Origin: Priapulus caudatus
Taxonomy: Eukaryota
Assembly: GCF_000485595.1 (NCBI RefSeq)
Contig: NW_014577077.1
Span: forward strand, 998,814 to 1,018,813
Reading direction: 5' to 3'
Length of the DNA stretch: 20,000 bases
A program made the translations under genes and the position numbers. Position 1 is the stretch's first letter. Each line of letters begins with the position of its first letter. Below the pieces are notes generated by a model. It did no database searches. It was not told where the DNA came from and worked only from the letters and a program-made list of their open reading frames with translations. This document shows positions 1 to 10,923 of this stretch, one piece after another.

Positions 1-115
1 ATATGACAGAAGGCAGTGCAAACCTATACCCGCCCGTTTCTGGCAACAACTGTCAGAAACTCCTCTACATTGTAGGGTTTATAGTTGTTTTATAGCCTGA
101 TGCAGGAGATTTATG

Positions 116-1851
116 AACAAGTGCCGCGGAGCGACAGCGCTCATCTCACGTCTACTGCGGTGACTCTGTGGTGGAGTGGTGGGATTCTAGTAAACCCTGT
201 TAGTCCGAAATGTGTTCACATACGCACCGAAACAGTGGAAGGCACAGGGATGGTATCAGGATCCTTCTCGAAGGAATGTTCCTTGGGATCGTTATGAAAG
301 TTGCCACGAGATGGCGCATACGTTTAAGTGTGTTAAGATTAAAGATGGAAGCTCCCATCGTACGTAATAGCAACAACTATTTGCAAGACAGAATAGGTAA
401 GCACTCATCCATTTACCTACGCAAGCCTACAGGCTCAAATAGAGAGCTGCCACCTGTAACTAATTAACGCAGGCAAAAACGACACAGTACTAGCACCACC
501 ACATGCACTGGCAGTGGCTACGTTACATGTAACACACTGACAGTACAGAATGCCATAGAAATTACACGAATTAAGGAGCATAAACCTTCTTCAACCAAAT
601 TTAGCTTTTGAAATTTTACTGTGACATTGTAGCCTCATACTTCCAGTCATGTATAGATTCTACTAGCAAACCCGGCAGTCAAATTCTTTCTAACAGTAAA
701 CAAATTCATGTTTAACCCTCCTCTTGAGGGTCAAAAGGTTATCCGACACTTACTCTTCGCATGTCAGCGGAAAGTACATTTCATGGTCCCTTTTCAATAA
801 AGCCATAAAAATGGTAGGTCACCGCTGAAACAAAAAAGTTTTTCAATTGCTCTGTCAGACCATGTCCTCAGAAAATGTCTAATATCTGCCTGTGCCCATT
901 GACCATTGACCTGTGACCTCCAATTTCGGCACAGTGATGGCTTTTCCTACCATGATGATATACACCGACTATCACAAGCCTAGATCGAGCCGTTTAGACT
1001 TGTGCCGCAATTCTGCATTTCCTCCCTATACCCTTAAAGGGAGAGTTTAGTCTAGGTTCTAGGGGTTGTTTTCAGCTAATTTAGGTTATAATTACGCTAC
1101 ATAAAAAGTTTCATAGTTCAATCACCATTATAAATATTTTTTTTATATGTTTTAAAACTAACGACTACAGTTTGATTACAACGACGGTGGCGCCACTCAA
1201 AGCGCACGATCTGATAAGTTGCGCAAAATCACTTTCCAGCCAAGGGCTACAGACCGAGGGTGTTTCTTATTTATACATTTAAAAGCAAAAGGATTGTAAT
1301 ATATTATAAACGACATATAGTTTCAGTTATAATATGGATAAATTTGCCCTAAAATGAATATCGTTCGGTTAAATAGCATTTAGGTATAAATATAATTGCA
1401 CTTTTATGATTAGCCCTCAGTCTGTAACGTGCAAAATAAATTGTAAATACGCAACTTTTTCGGGGGTGGCAGCCGTCGCGGGTGTCATGGCGCCGCTTTC
1501 AAATTTCGTAGCCGTTGATGTGTAATTAATTATAACAATTAAATTAGGTATCTGGTAACAAATACTTGTGGGTATAGACAATTTGTTATACAGTAAGTAC
1601 AGTTGTATGCAGTAAAATCCTAGAGGCTACTGTCCCTTTAAGTTAAGGAGGGAATGTTCCCCCTTCTTTTACACCTCTTGACCTTTGACCCCCAGCTTCG
1701 ACATCCCAACTCGTTTTCGGATTCCCCCCCACGCCCCGAATATCGTGACCGTACGTCGAGCGGTTAAGATTTGTGCCCAACTGTTGACGGACGGACAGAC
1801 GCACGCTCAGGCGACTCTACAAGCTGCATCTGACTATGTCAGATGAGCTAA
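116..1851 (-). mobile_element. Non-autonomous Helentron-associated element (HINE/DINE-1-like), copy 1, interrupted by a 600-bp MITE
   Basis: Aligns end to end with 7527-8705. On the minus strand it has the 5' stem AGCTCATCTGAC-ata-GTCAGATG, a short CCGT/CTGT microsatellite, a 3' subterminal inverted copy AGATGAGCG, a short hairpin and a CTTGTT end. No TSD. Confidence 0.8.
1038..1637. mobile_element. Kolobok-type non-autonomous DNA transposon (MITE) nested in HINE copy 1
   Basis: TTAA duplicated at 1034-1037 and 1638-1641; HINE copy 2 has a single TTAA at the equivalent site (8457-8460). Termini AGGGAGAG...TCTAGG / CCTAGA...CTGTCCCT; internal inverted motifs TACAGACCGAGGG/CCCTCAGTCTGTA and AAGTTGCG/CGCAACTT. 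Confidence 0.8.
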
Positions 1852-2174
1852 TAATATGTCACTTGGGTACTTCTCTATGCTAGCTTTTAGCACAGGACTG
1901 ATCCAACAGTGAAAGAAAAATTTATTTATATTTGCCTTTGATTATGCATCTCAGCACTAATATCTGGTATCTATTCACAGCTTATTATTAGCTATTAGCC
2001 ATTTTATAAAGCAATTTTTATAAATGCAACGCCTTAATCAACATACATACAGTGCACACAGCTGCAGCAGCTGCTTATATGCAGTTGTACCTTTTACACT
2101 GTTCCTATTTCCTCTCACTCTTTGGATTCATTGTGCATTAAAACTTAACACGCGACTTCCATGTTATGCTCGTA

Positions 2175-3136
2175 GGGTCTATGTCCCCCTGACCTCTGTT
2201 TGACCTAGCTCGTTTAGCTATTTCTGACTAATACCACCGTCAGACGGGGTGGCGTCCTTACTGCACTGCTACGGCGACAGAAAATGGGCCCAGAGCGCGC
2301 CAAGGTCGCCATAAGCGTGGTATAAGCGTGGTGGAAACGCCAGACATCGTGCTGTGGTCGCCATGGTTGCCAATGATCGCTGAGTCACGGCGTTTGTTTT
2401 GAGCATGTTCAAAACAAATGCCAAGGTTCGGCAATCTGACCTGGAACGCGGTGAGAACGCGGTGGGGTCGCGAAGGTCGTGAGACAAGCGTCGTAACATC
2501 TCCATGAACGTAGTACACGCGCAGTACACGCGTGGCAAAGACGCTGCGAAAATGGTAACATTTGCAACGGCGACTTAATGGATCTGTCTCATCCGATCTG
2601 CCGAACTGTTTCATGCCGATCTGTCTCGGCCACGGCCACGGCCTCGGCCTATGGTAGCTTGTTTCTTCGGCATCGTGTTTCTACTCAGCAAACGCACAAG
2701 TATACAGTTGAAATTTCCGAAAATCTGACCAGCTTATATAGTCGCCGTGAGAACGTGGTAGAAACGCCGTGAGGTCGCCGTGCAGTCGCGATACACGTAG
2801 AAGATGCGTGGTAAGAACCCCATGAGCGTGGGGAGAGCGTCGCGGGAACGCCGGTGATACGCCATAAGCGAGGAGAGGTCGTGGCGGGGGCGCCGTGAGA
2901 ACGCGGTATGATTGCACAGGTCGCGGCTTTTTTTCAATTTTGTAATTTGTTGGGACTTTTTCTCGCGTTGTGTTCGCGTTTGCCGGCGACCTTGTACATT
3001 TTCTGGTCGCCGTCCAGTCTGACGAGGGTATTACCATAACCCTAACCATAAACCTTATATATATTATATATAATATATATTAGTCAGAAATAGCTAAACG
3101 AGCCAGGTCAAACAGAGGTCAGGAGGACATAGACCT
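2175..3136. mobile_element. Small MITE with ~58-bp TIRs and TA flanks, split by a nested element
   Basis: GGTCTATGTCCCCCTGACCTCTGTTTGACCTAGCTCGTTTAGCTATTTCTGACTAATA (2176-2233) is the near-perfect inverse of 3078-3135. TA at 2173-2174 and 3137-3138. Its own interior is only a CCTAAC/AT-rich spacer. Confidence 0.8.
2234..3028. mobile_element. GC-rich non-autonomous TIR element with TA TSD, nested in the small MITE (superfamily uncertain)
   Basis: Left end CCACCGTCAGACGGGGTGGCGTCC versus inverse of right end CCCTCGTCAGACTGGACGGCGACC; TA on both sides; interior built from CGCCGTGAGAACGCGGT-like motifs. Confidence 0.72.
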
Positions 3137-3547
3137 TATCTGCTCATGTTACATTTATGTGGAGCTCTCTAGCATGTTGCATAGAATTGCCCTTCGTGTT
3201 TATAATTTTATTGAGATAATGGCATTAATCCGTGTAATTACTGGCTGATGAACAGAACAAATAGAAAATTGTTTACTTTTACTAAACAACGACGTATTGT
3301 TCATTTAATTTATTCTCACACTATCATGATCATTTGTATTTGGACGTATTGATGAAAAAATGCAGCCCATGCGTGTGTATAGGAAAAAGCGATCTTGCTA
3401 ACATAGCAATCACATCTATGTTTCACATTGCAAACAAATGAAATTTTTTACGAATACTACAATTACTTCTTCATCGTGTTTGCTAAAATATCCTTAATGG
3501 GTTTCATAGAGGCAACTACTGTCCATGGATATGCTTTAAAAAGGATT

Positions 3548-3553
3548 TTTATT
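3548..3553 (-). promoter_or_regulatory. Candidate polyadenylation signal of NOM1
   Basis: AATAAA on the minus strand about 225 nt after the stop codon; alternatives at 3309-3314 and 3207-3212. Confidence 0.35.
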
Positions 3554-3776
3554 CTGCCTTCCTTTAGAGAACATGACGTTCATAGCACAATAAACGTAAC
3601 AATACATTAATTACACTACTCGCTTACCACACTTGCACTTATTAAAAAATACATAATGCCCCACCTCCAGCTAGAATTCTTTGTACACTCAACAAATCAA
3701 ACTCTGCGCACCTCTGTTTACCTCCTGAAGCGTTGCATGGGATTTCCGGACGTCATTCCTCGAGGCGAACGGCATG

Positions 3777-4070
3777 TTACAACAGCACCTTGGAGTCGGC
3801 CGCTCCGAGCGCCGCCTCGGCCACAGCCACGCGTGACGCTAGCGCCACCTGCGTGTCCACGGGCAACCGGTGCTTGTTGCGCAGCAGGAAGTGGTGCAGG
3901 AAGAGGCGGAGTCCCTCGCGCAGCGGCCGCAGCTTGGCGGCGGTGGCGGCGGAGGCGAGGCGCAGGAAGGCGGTACGTGTCGTCTCCTCCTCCTGCTCCA
4001 GCAGCAGCTCGAGCAGCACGCCACGAAGGAAGTGCACCATTGGCTTCTCTAGTTCACCAAACTCAACGAC
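3777..4070 (-). CDS. NOM1: NOM1-like terminal coding exon (VVEFGELEKPMVHFLR...LREGLRLFLHHFLL...SKVLL*)
   Basis: Acceptor attgcag|GTC; stop TAA at 3779-3777; 294 nt; VEFxELxKP and LREGLxLF motifs. Confidence 0.92.
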   Translation of the reverse strand, partial: VVEFGELEKPMVHFLRGVLLELLLEQEEETTRTAFLRLASAATAAKLRPLREGLRLFLHHFLLRNKHRLPVDTQVALASRVAVAEAALGAADSKVLL

Positions 4071-4572
4071 CTGCAATAGCAGACGCTGCCAGAAGATCTA
4101 CATGGCTATGCAATACCCGCTTCATAATAAGCCATATCGGAATGTTCCCGCCGCCATATTGAAATCAGATAAGATGGGTGATAAGTTGCCTATATATAAC
4201 ATTGTTACGATAGTACTAGTTGAGGTTTTTGAACTATAATTCTCTTCACTAACATCGTACTTCAATTCTCAGGTGCGTTTCTGTTTACAGAAACATTTAC
4301 AAATATGATTGCGGTCATTTGGGATATTTTGCAATGATTGTGTTAATGCAAAAACTAAAATTGCACGAGTGTTTACATTAATCATGTACTTTGCTAAGCG
4401 CGCCGCGGCCATTTTATACCCCTTTTTCTATGACCTAAATAACACAGCTGGACTTTCCGATATGGCTTATACTTGCCGATGGCAATGCTACTAATGCCAC
4501 GACACAAGCTTCACACGTTTGATCAAACAGTTTATGATAAGGTGTACTTTTGGATGATGGTTCGTGCCCTAC

Positions 4573-4704
4573 CTTGAAGACGGCAAGCGACAAAGATTTC
4601 GTGGCAATTAGGAACACTAAAGTCTTGGCCAAGTTGCCTGCCTGCAGTTCACTTAAATTGCCGATCTCTTTGAACTTGTCCCACAGATAAAACTGAGTCA
4701 TCAT
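4573..4704 (-). CDS. NOM1: NOM1-like exon (MMTQFYLWDKFKEIGNLSELQAGNLAKTLVFLIATKSLSLAVFK)
   Basis: Acceptor catacag|ATG, donor AAG|gtaggg; 132 nt, phase 0/0; QFxxWDKF and SLSLxxxK motifs. Confidence 0.92.
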
Positions 4705-4982
4705 CTGTATGGATCAAAACACATTACAGTATTCAGTGTGTGGCGCGTAAATGAGGTTCATCTCTTTACTTGCACACAATATTGCACACGATTGCATACG
4801 AGTGAAAGACTCATTTGGAAATTAATATGCAATTAAATTACGAGCTTGCCATGCTTGCCCATATTGGCTTATTCATACCTACATTACTAATTCGGACGCA
4901 ACGTGCATTCGCTGACGAATGGAAACATTTATAACTGCATTTGGGGTACAACTTATAGTAGACGTATGTCAACTTCATGCAC

Positions 4983-5147
4983 CATGAACTTCCTGTCGTG
5001 GGCGCACAGCTTCCGAAGCAGATGCGCGTAGAACGGATTGTAGGACTTCTCCTGGACGGCGCAATGCATCGCGATGTTCACCATCTCTTTCTCCTGTTGG
5101 TTCTTCAGTCCCAGACGGAGGAGCTTCTCGAATGCATCGAGATAGTC
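4983..5147 (-). CDS. NOM1: NOM1-like MA3 exon (DYLDAFEKLLRLGLKNQQEKEMV...QEKSYNPFYAHL...DRKFM)
   Basis: Acceptor gttgcag|GAC, donor ATG|gtgcat; 165 nt, phase 0/0; DAFEKLLxLGLK and QEKxYNPFY motifs. Confidence 0.94.
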
Positions 5148-5619
5148 CTGCAACATATGAGGCAGTCGCGTGATGACGCGCGATGCTTGCCACAATCATT
5201 TACATAGTTTACAATTTTATTCCAAAATGCACAAAAGGCTGATGGAGAGAGCATTTAAAAACTTGCACCCAACTCTGTCCCTTTACAAGATTTCCCGCAT
5301 CCGCTGGCACTCATGGACCCACTATAATTGTCCGATCCCCCAGGGTGATTGACAGACAGCTCTAGCCAATCATTGTTGCGATTGGACGTTCTAAACGACA
5401 ATGCTTGCAAAGTGCTGCAAAGTCAACAATTTGCCTTGCATTCATGAAAAACACGTATAAACTGGGTGAGCTCGATCGACCTAGCAACAGTATCCAAGCT
5501 GGGGATGGTTAATTGTCTTGCCTAAATGAATAAAGCTACGTTTAGCGGCTCTCTCAAATGAAATAATAGCACGCAAAGCTATGCTTGTTCTGATTATGTT
5601 CCTATACACAGGCACTCAC

Positions 5620-5744
5620 CTCGCTCATCATGATGACGCAGAAGACGTTGCGCCTCACATCCGTGTTCATGCGCTGCTGGCGTGCTAGCTCCAGCACCCG
5701 GCCCGTAGCCTCACTCACGACAGACACCGGCGCCTCCTCACTCA
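5620..5744 (-). CDS. NOM1: NOM1-like exon, start of MA3/MI domain (V-SEEAPVSVVSEATGRVLELARQQRMNTDVRRNVFCVIMMSE)
   Basis: Acceptor gattgcag|TG, donor GAG|gtgagt; 125 nt, phase 1/0; LARxQRMNTDxRRxIFC motif. Confidence 0.93.
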
Positions 5745-6501
5745 CTGCAATCAAATGCCGCCATGTAACATACACGATACCCTTGTCAGGAGTGATGTAA
5801 TTAACAGAATTCTGCTCTGAACATCTTACAAAAATTTGGAATAAATAACATTCAATTTAAAATGTATAAAAAATATTAATGTATTCAAACGTGAAATTTT
5901 ATTAAACCAATATAGATCATGAATAATAAATAGTTAATCTGGTAATTACATTACTTCTGGAGTTTTAAATATCGGTGAGCACACTAATGTAGATGCAGAA
6001 CTAAGCAATATGTTACATGATAATTCTCATCCAGTGATCATATACACCACTAAATTTATCATCTAACATCATAGCAAAATCACTTAAACGATTACTATAT
6101 TTGCCTTTTGTTCAATGGTTCCAAAAGAGACCAGAAAAACTAAGAGGCTAATTTATAAGTGGCAGAAATGCAGGCAGTGTGACATTGTAAGATTAACCCA
6201 AACATAAAAATGTATAATTTACAATTTAGATTCCCTTATTAGGGTATATACCCTATTAATGTCAGATCTGTCAGCAAAACATATCATATTAGTTTGGGTG
6301 GAATAAAAAATATTTTTTGACAAAGGTGGGTAATGGGCTCAATTCGGGTTGGAAGTTCTGGATCTAAAATTCTACATGAACCATATTCAGAATTCAACTA
6401 TTACTCAGCATTTCATTATTTTCCAACTCAATAACTCAAAGTGAACTCAAAATGAGTAAAACCTTGTATAATGTATTAACATTAATGTTGAACATGTGTA
6501 C

Positions 6502-6740
6502 CTGGCTGGGCATCTTGCTGATCTCTCAATGCCGATCCCACCACCCACCAGCGTCCTCTTTCTTCCGCATTCAGAAGGTCGTGAAGCGAGATTCTGAGTT
6601 CGGATTCTGTCGAGCCCCTCACCAGGTGGCGCAGTAACTTCCTTAGGTGTTCGAGGTGCGTCCGGTCGTAGTTTGGAATCTTGCGCATGTTGTTGTTCTT
6701 AATGGCCAAGATAACTTCCAGCATGAACTTCACCCTAGAC
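6502..6740 (-). CDS. NOM1: NOM1-like exon (SRVKFMLEVILAIKNNNMRKIPNYD...LLNAEERGRWWVVGSA...)
   Basis: Acceptor attgtag|G, donor CCAG|gtacac; 239 nt, phase 2/1; RVxFMLE, KNN and GRWWxVGSA motifs. Confidence 0.94.
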
Positions 6741-7171
6741 CTACAATGCAGAGGACCGTTGCTTACTGTTTTGTCTTGAGATAGGGATGTTTACATGCGC
6801 GAATTCATAAATGCACGTTGGGCTACGCTTTCACACATCAACGCTGCTTCAGGATTTACTATTTATTTTTAAAATATTTGTTTTGATGGTAGATCAAGAG
6901 ACTAGGTACAACTTAATCGAGACATGATTACCAGCTCAATAACTAAATTGCTGGTCATTCAAAAATCGTTATTATAATGGGCACATAGGCATCAGTCTGG
7001 GACTGCAAGAAAAATACTAATAATAGCCAGTGAGCTACATTCTTGTTTGCATTTCCACAACAAAACTGAATGCCAACTAGAAATTAAGGCATTTACAGAC
7101 AAAGTTCAGTTGGAAATTGCGGCGAGCAAATTTTTGTTACCTAATACTTATGACATTTATGAGCGACTTAC

Positions 7172-7271
7172 TGATCCCGGAATTGCTCTGCATTCGTAGC
7201 CTTGTTTTGAAGCTCAACTATCACATCCTTAAGCGCAGAGGGATCATCCTTGCGAAGTCCAAACCCAATTT
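7172..7271 (-). CDS. NOM1: NOM1-like exon (Q-IGFGLRKDDPSALKDVIVELQNKATNAEQFRD-Q)
   Basis: Acceptor ctgtag|AA, donor CA|gtaagt; 100 nt, phase 1/2; GFxLRKDDPxALK motif. Confidence 0.93.
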
Positions 7272-7526
7272 CTACAGACCGAAAGCTTTGCATCAATCAG
7301 TGAGACTACCATAGTCTAATGATGACATTACCGCCACAAAAGCACAAATATCAGGAAAATAACAGTGAAATTGAATGCAATCAACACACCATTGAAATTT
7401 AGCAGCATACATCACCCATGCGATGTTCAAACATGCTTGATACCGGTATTAAAATGATAACTGCATAAATTAATATGCAAGCAACAATAAAGATTTCATG
7501 ACATTTTCCCATTATCTGCACCAATG

Positions 7527-8705
7527 AACAAGTGCCGCAGAGCGACAGCGCTCATCTAACGTCTACTGCGGTGACTCTGTGGTGGAGTGGTGGGATTCTA
7601 GTAAACCCTGTTAGTCCCAAATGTGTTCACATACACGCCGAAACAGTGGAATGCACAGGGATGGTATCAGGAACCTTCTCAAAGGAATGTTCGTTGGGAT
7701 CGTTATGAAAGTTGCCACGAGATGGCGCGTACGTTTAAGTGTCTTCAGTCTTAAGATTAAAGATGGAAGCTCCCATCATACGTAGTAGCAACAACTATTT
7801 GCAAGCCAGAATAGGTAAGCACTCATCCATTTACCTACGCAAGCCTACAGGCTGCAATAGAGAGCTGCCACCTGTAACCAATTAACGCAGGCAAAAACTG
7901 CACCAACACATGCACTGGCAGCAGCCACTGGCAATGGCATACGTTACATGTAACATACTGACAGTACAGAATGACATAGAAATTATACGATTTAAGGAAC
8001 ATACACCTTCTTTAACCAAATTTAGCTTTTGAAATTTCACTGTGACATTGTAGCCTCATACATCCAGGCATGTATAGATTCTACTAGCAAACCCGGCAGT
8101 CAAATTCTTTCTAACAGACAGTCAACAAATCCAAGTTTAACCCTCCTCTTGAGGGTCAAAAGGTTATCCGACACTTACTCTTCGCATGTCAGCAGAAGGG
8201 ACATTTCATGGTCCTTTCAATAAAGCCATAAAAATGCTAGGTCACCGCTGAAACAAAAAAGTTTTTCAATCGCTCCGTCAGACCATGTCCTCAGAAAATG
8301 TCTAAAATCTGCCCTGTGCCCACTGACCTTTGACTTGTGACCTCCAATTTCGGCACAGTGATGGCTTTTCCTACCATGATGCTATACACCGACTATCACG
8401 AGCCTAGGTCGAGCCGTTTAGATTTGTGCCGCAATTCTGCATTTCCTCCCTATACCTTAAGTTAAGGAGTGAATGTTCCCCCTTCTTTTACACCTCTTGA
8501 CCTTTGACCTTTGACCCCCAGCTTCGACATCCCAACTCGTTTTGACGATCCCCCCCGATGTGCCGAATATCGTGACCGTACGTCGAGCGGTTAAGATTTG
8601 TGCCCAACTGTTGACGCACGGACGCACGGACGGACGGACGCACGGACGCACGGACGATCATGCGATTCTACAAGCTGCATCTGACTATGTCAGATGAGCT
8701 AAAAA
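7527..8705 (-). mobile_element. Non-autonomous Helentron-associated element (HINE/DINE-1-like), copy 2, in a NOM1 intron
   Basis: Minus strand: TTTTT-AGCTCATCTGAC-ata-GTCAGATG..., (CCGT/GCGT)n microsatellite at about 8613-8657, 3' GTTAGATGAGCG, TGTCGC-tct-GCGGCA hairpin and CTTGTT. Near-identical to copy 1. Confidence 0.82.
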
Positions 8706-8805
8706 TTGTAGTCTAGGGTTACAGATAGGGGTACTGATCACATGTAATTTTTTCGTAGGACAGATAAACAATAAAGTTTCGATCACGTGCATCTTTGACT
8801 ATTAC

Positions 8806-9024
8806 GTTTTAGCAGCAGCAGTATCAACTCGATGTCCTTCCCTGTGAAGCTGTCCATGAGTTTACGCAGCAGGTCAAACATCAGCTGACAGTGGACGACC
8901 TTGAAGTTGTAGAGGTTAGCAAACAGAGTAAGAACGTTGTCACACTCCTTGCCTTGGCCATAGTTCTCGCCCTGTGAGTACAACTCATCAAATCGCTTTG
9001 CCAACATCTGCAGAAAGTAGGCAC
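8806..9024 (-). CDS. NOM1: NOM1-like MIF4G exon (GAYFLQMLAKRFDELY...KECDNVLTLFANLYNFKVVHCQLMFDLLRKL...KDIELILLLLK)
   Basis: Acceptor tttgcag|GT, donor AAAC|gtaata; 219 nt, phase 1/1; conserved LYNFxVV and KDIELILL motifs. Confidence 0.93.
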
Positions 9025-9499
9025 CTGCAAATTGTCATCAAATTTGTATATTATCTTAACCGAGTCAACAAATTTCTTCTAGACAATGGTGCTCAACACA
9101 CACAATTCTGTCAGTAACATGTTAGTACATAAAACCTAACATTTTGTTACTTACTCAATCAATGCATGTTTCGAGGAATTTTAACAGAATTGTGAATATT
9201 ACCATTGCTTTGTTATTCAGAATACTATTTTACAAAGACTGACGATTTTCATTTTATTTTTATTCTGTTGTGGGCAAATGATACATAAAATGCTAGTGGT
9301 AGATATAATATAACATGTGTTATGATTACTTATAATAACAACACATTTTATGTGCATCACTAGCAATTTGTGTATCGCTACTAGCATTTCACCTAGACCA
9401 GGTGCTGATCAAGTCAATCATTAATTAATTAGTGGGGCAATTACTAATTTAATTAATTAATTACTAATTGGGGCAAACATGTTGACTGCACTAACGTAC

Positions 9500-10486
9500 C
9501 TACTTCACTGCCCACGTTGTGGTGCAGCACGGACACCAGCATGCTGTGTTCCATTGCTAGTCGCTCGGGCGTCTGCACAGGACCCATGCAGGCGCTCTGC
9601 ACGGTGGCGACCAGCGTCGTGTTCATGTCGTTCTTGCTGTGTGACAGGTACAGCTGCGCGACCTGCGCGCTAGTCGCCGCAATGTTGGATTCGCTCAGCC
9701 GGTTCAGCGATCCCTTCAGTTGCTTGTTCAGCTTCTCGATGGCCGCCTTGTGTTTGCCGTCGTCCGTCGTGCTCAGCAGCGCCCTCTTGCCGGGCGGAAC
9801 GTACGAACCTTGCTCTCCTGTTACAACGTTGCCTTTCTTGTCACGCAGTCTGCCGTAGATGTCTTCAGTGTAGCTGTTGCTGCCTGATGCTTGCGTCCTA
9901 GTTTGTTTACTCTTATTTTGGTTAAAATTCGCCGTCTCGCCATCGTCACTATCACAGTCATCATTCTCACCAAAGTCCTCCTTATTGTTCGTGTTGCGAG
10001 GGGAACGATCCTCCTCCGAATCTTCAGCGAGAGAGGATTCATTTTGGGAACCTTCCCCATCACTGTCATAGTCTTTGTCGCTAGTGCCTTTCTTGCCCAA
10101 CAATTCATCCCCATCCCAATCCTCTTCCCCATCCACAGACTCATCCTCATTCCCAGACTCTTCCCTGTCTATAGATTCATCCCCATCCATAGAGTCTTTA
10201 CTGTCCATAGATTCACTCCCGTCACTATCCTCTTTGTCTTCCAGATCACCGCTTATCTTTCCTGTTGCTTTCAATTTCTTGCGAGGCAGCAGCTGGCTAG
10301 CTTCACCCTCACATAATCGCTTTTTCGTTTCTTTCTCTGTGTTGTGATCTGTCTGTACATCCTGTTTGTTGAGTTTAACGCGACGACTTTGTTTATTGGA
10401 CACCAATTCCTGGTGCGCGTTAGACTTCTCTCCTGACGCCTCACTTCCAGAATCTGCCTCATCTGAATATGCGTCACCCAGCTTGC
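9500..10486 (-). CDS. NOM1: NOM1-like large exon: acidic low-complexity linker, EDIYGR motif, YVPP motif, start of MIF4G domain
   Basis: Lies within ORF 9453..10508; acceptor tttgcag|GC, donor GTAG|gtacgt; 987 nt, phase 1/1. EDIYGR...YVPP...QLKGSLNRLSESNI is typical of NOM1/Sgd1. Confidence 0.93.
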
Positions 10487-10818
10487 CTGCAAACCAACAG
10501 CAAAACATGCAATATTAGATAACAAATAAGAATTCATACACATCTTAGCATAGCGAGGTGCCCTTACTTGTTTGAAATAGACATGTGCAGAAATGCAGAA
10601 TTGATTTTCTATTGTTTACTTGAAAGACTATAACTGGAGTGCACTCTGATAATGGATGCACATTATCTACACGAATTTGCTGAAGAAGACACTATTTATA
10701 TAGTGATACATATATATGTATGCTCATGTATTTGTGAAAACCTGAGAGAGCTAAGCAATTTTTGTATCTCATATGTGCATGAATTATCATCACTAATTTT
10801 TTAACATTATAGACCTAC

Positions 10819-10923
10819 CTTTATTTTTCTTGCTCTCAAGCCAATTCACAAGATCAGACTCACTGTCAGAATCACCAACAACAACTTTTTTACTTTTGTC
10901 TGGGTCACACAAATCTAGCAGAT
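10819..10923 (-). CDS. NOM1: NOM1-like exon (Y-LLDLCDPDKSKKVVVGDSDSESDLVNWLESKKNK-G)
   Basis: Acceptor gtacag|AT completes the Tyr codon of DGLDYLL; donor G|gtaggt; 105 nt, phase 1/1. Not in the ORF track. Confidence 0.88.

Noticed and set aside
85..467. ORFs 85-297 and 210-467
   Set aside because: They lie inside the HINE repeat, resemble no protein I recognise, and copy 2 has an indel in the matching region.
2258..3049. Cluster of overlapping ORFs of 64-122 aa
   Set aside because: By-product of the GC-rich, stop-poor nested transposon; no transposase motifs.
3656..4239. Two 168-aa plus-strand ORFs
   Set aside because: Antisense shadows of the GC-rich last NOM1 exon.
5245..5555. Possible MITE with GAGAGAGC/GCTCTCTC ends
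   Set aside because: Only an 8-bp low-complexity inverted match, no TSD and no second copy in the window.
9416..9478. TTAA-rich palindromic stretch with duplicated GGGGCAA
   Set aside because: Low-complexity intronic slippage; no evidence of function.
9479..10347. Multiple plus-strand and alternative-frame ORFs
   Set aside because: Shadows of the large NOM1 exon.
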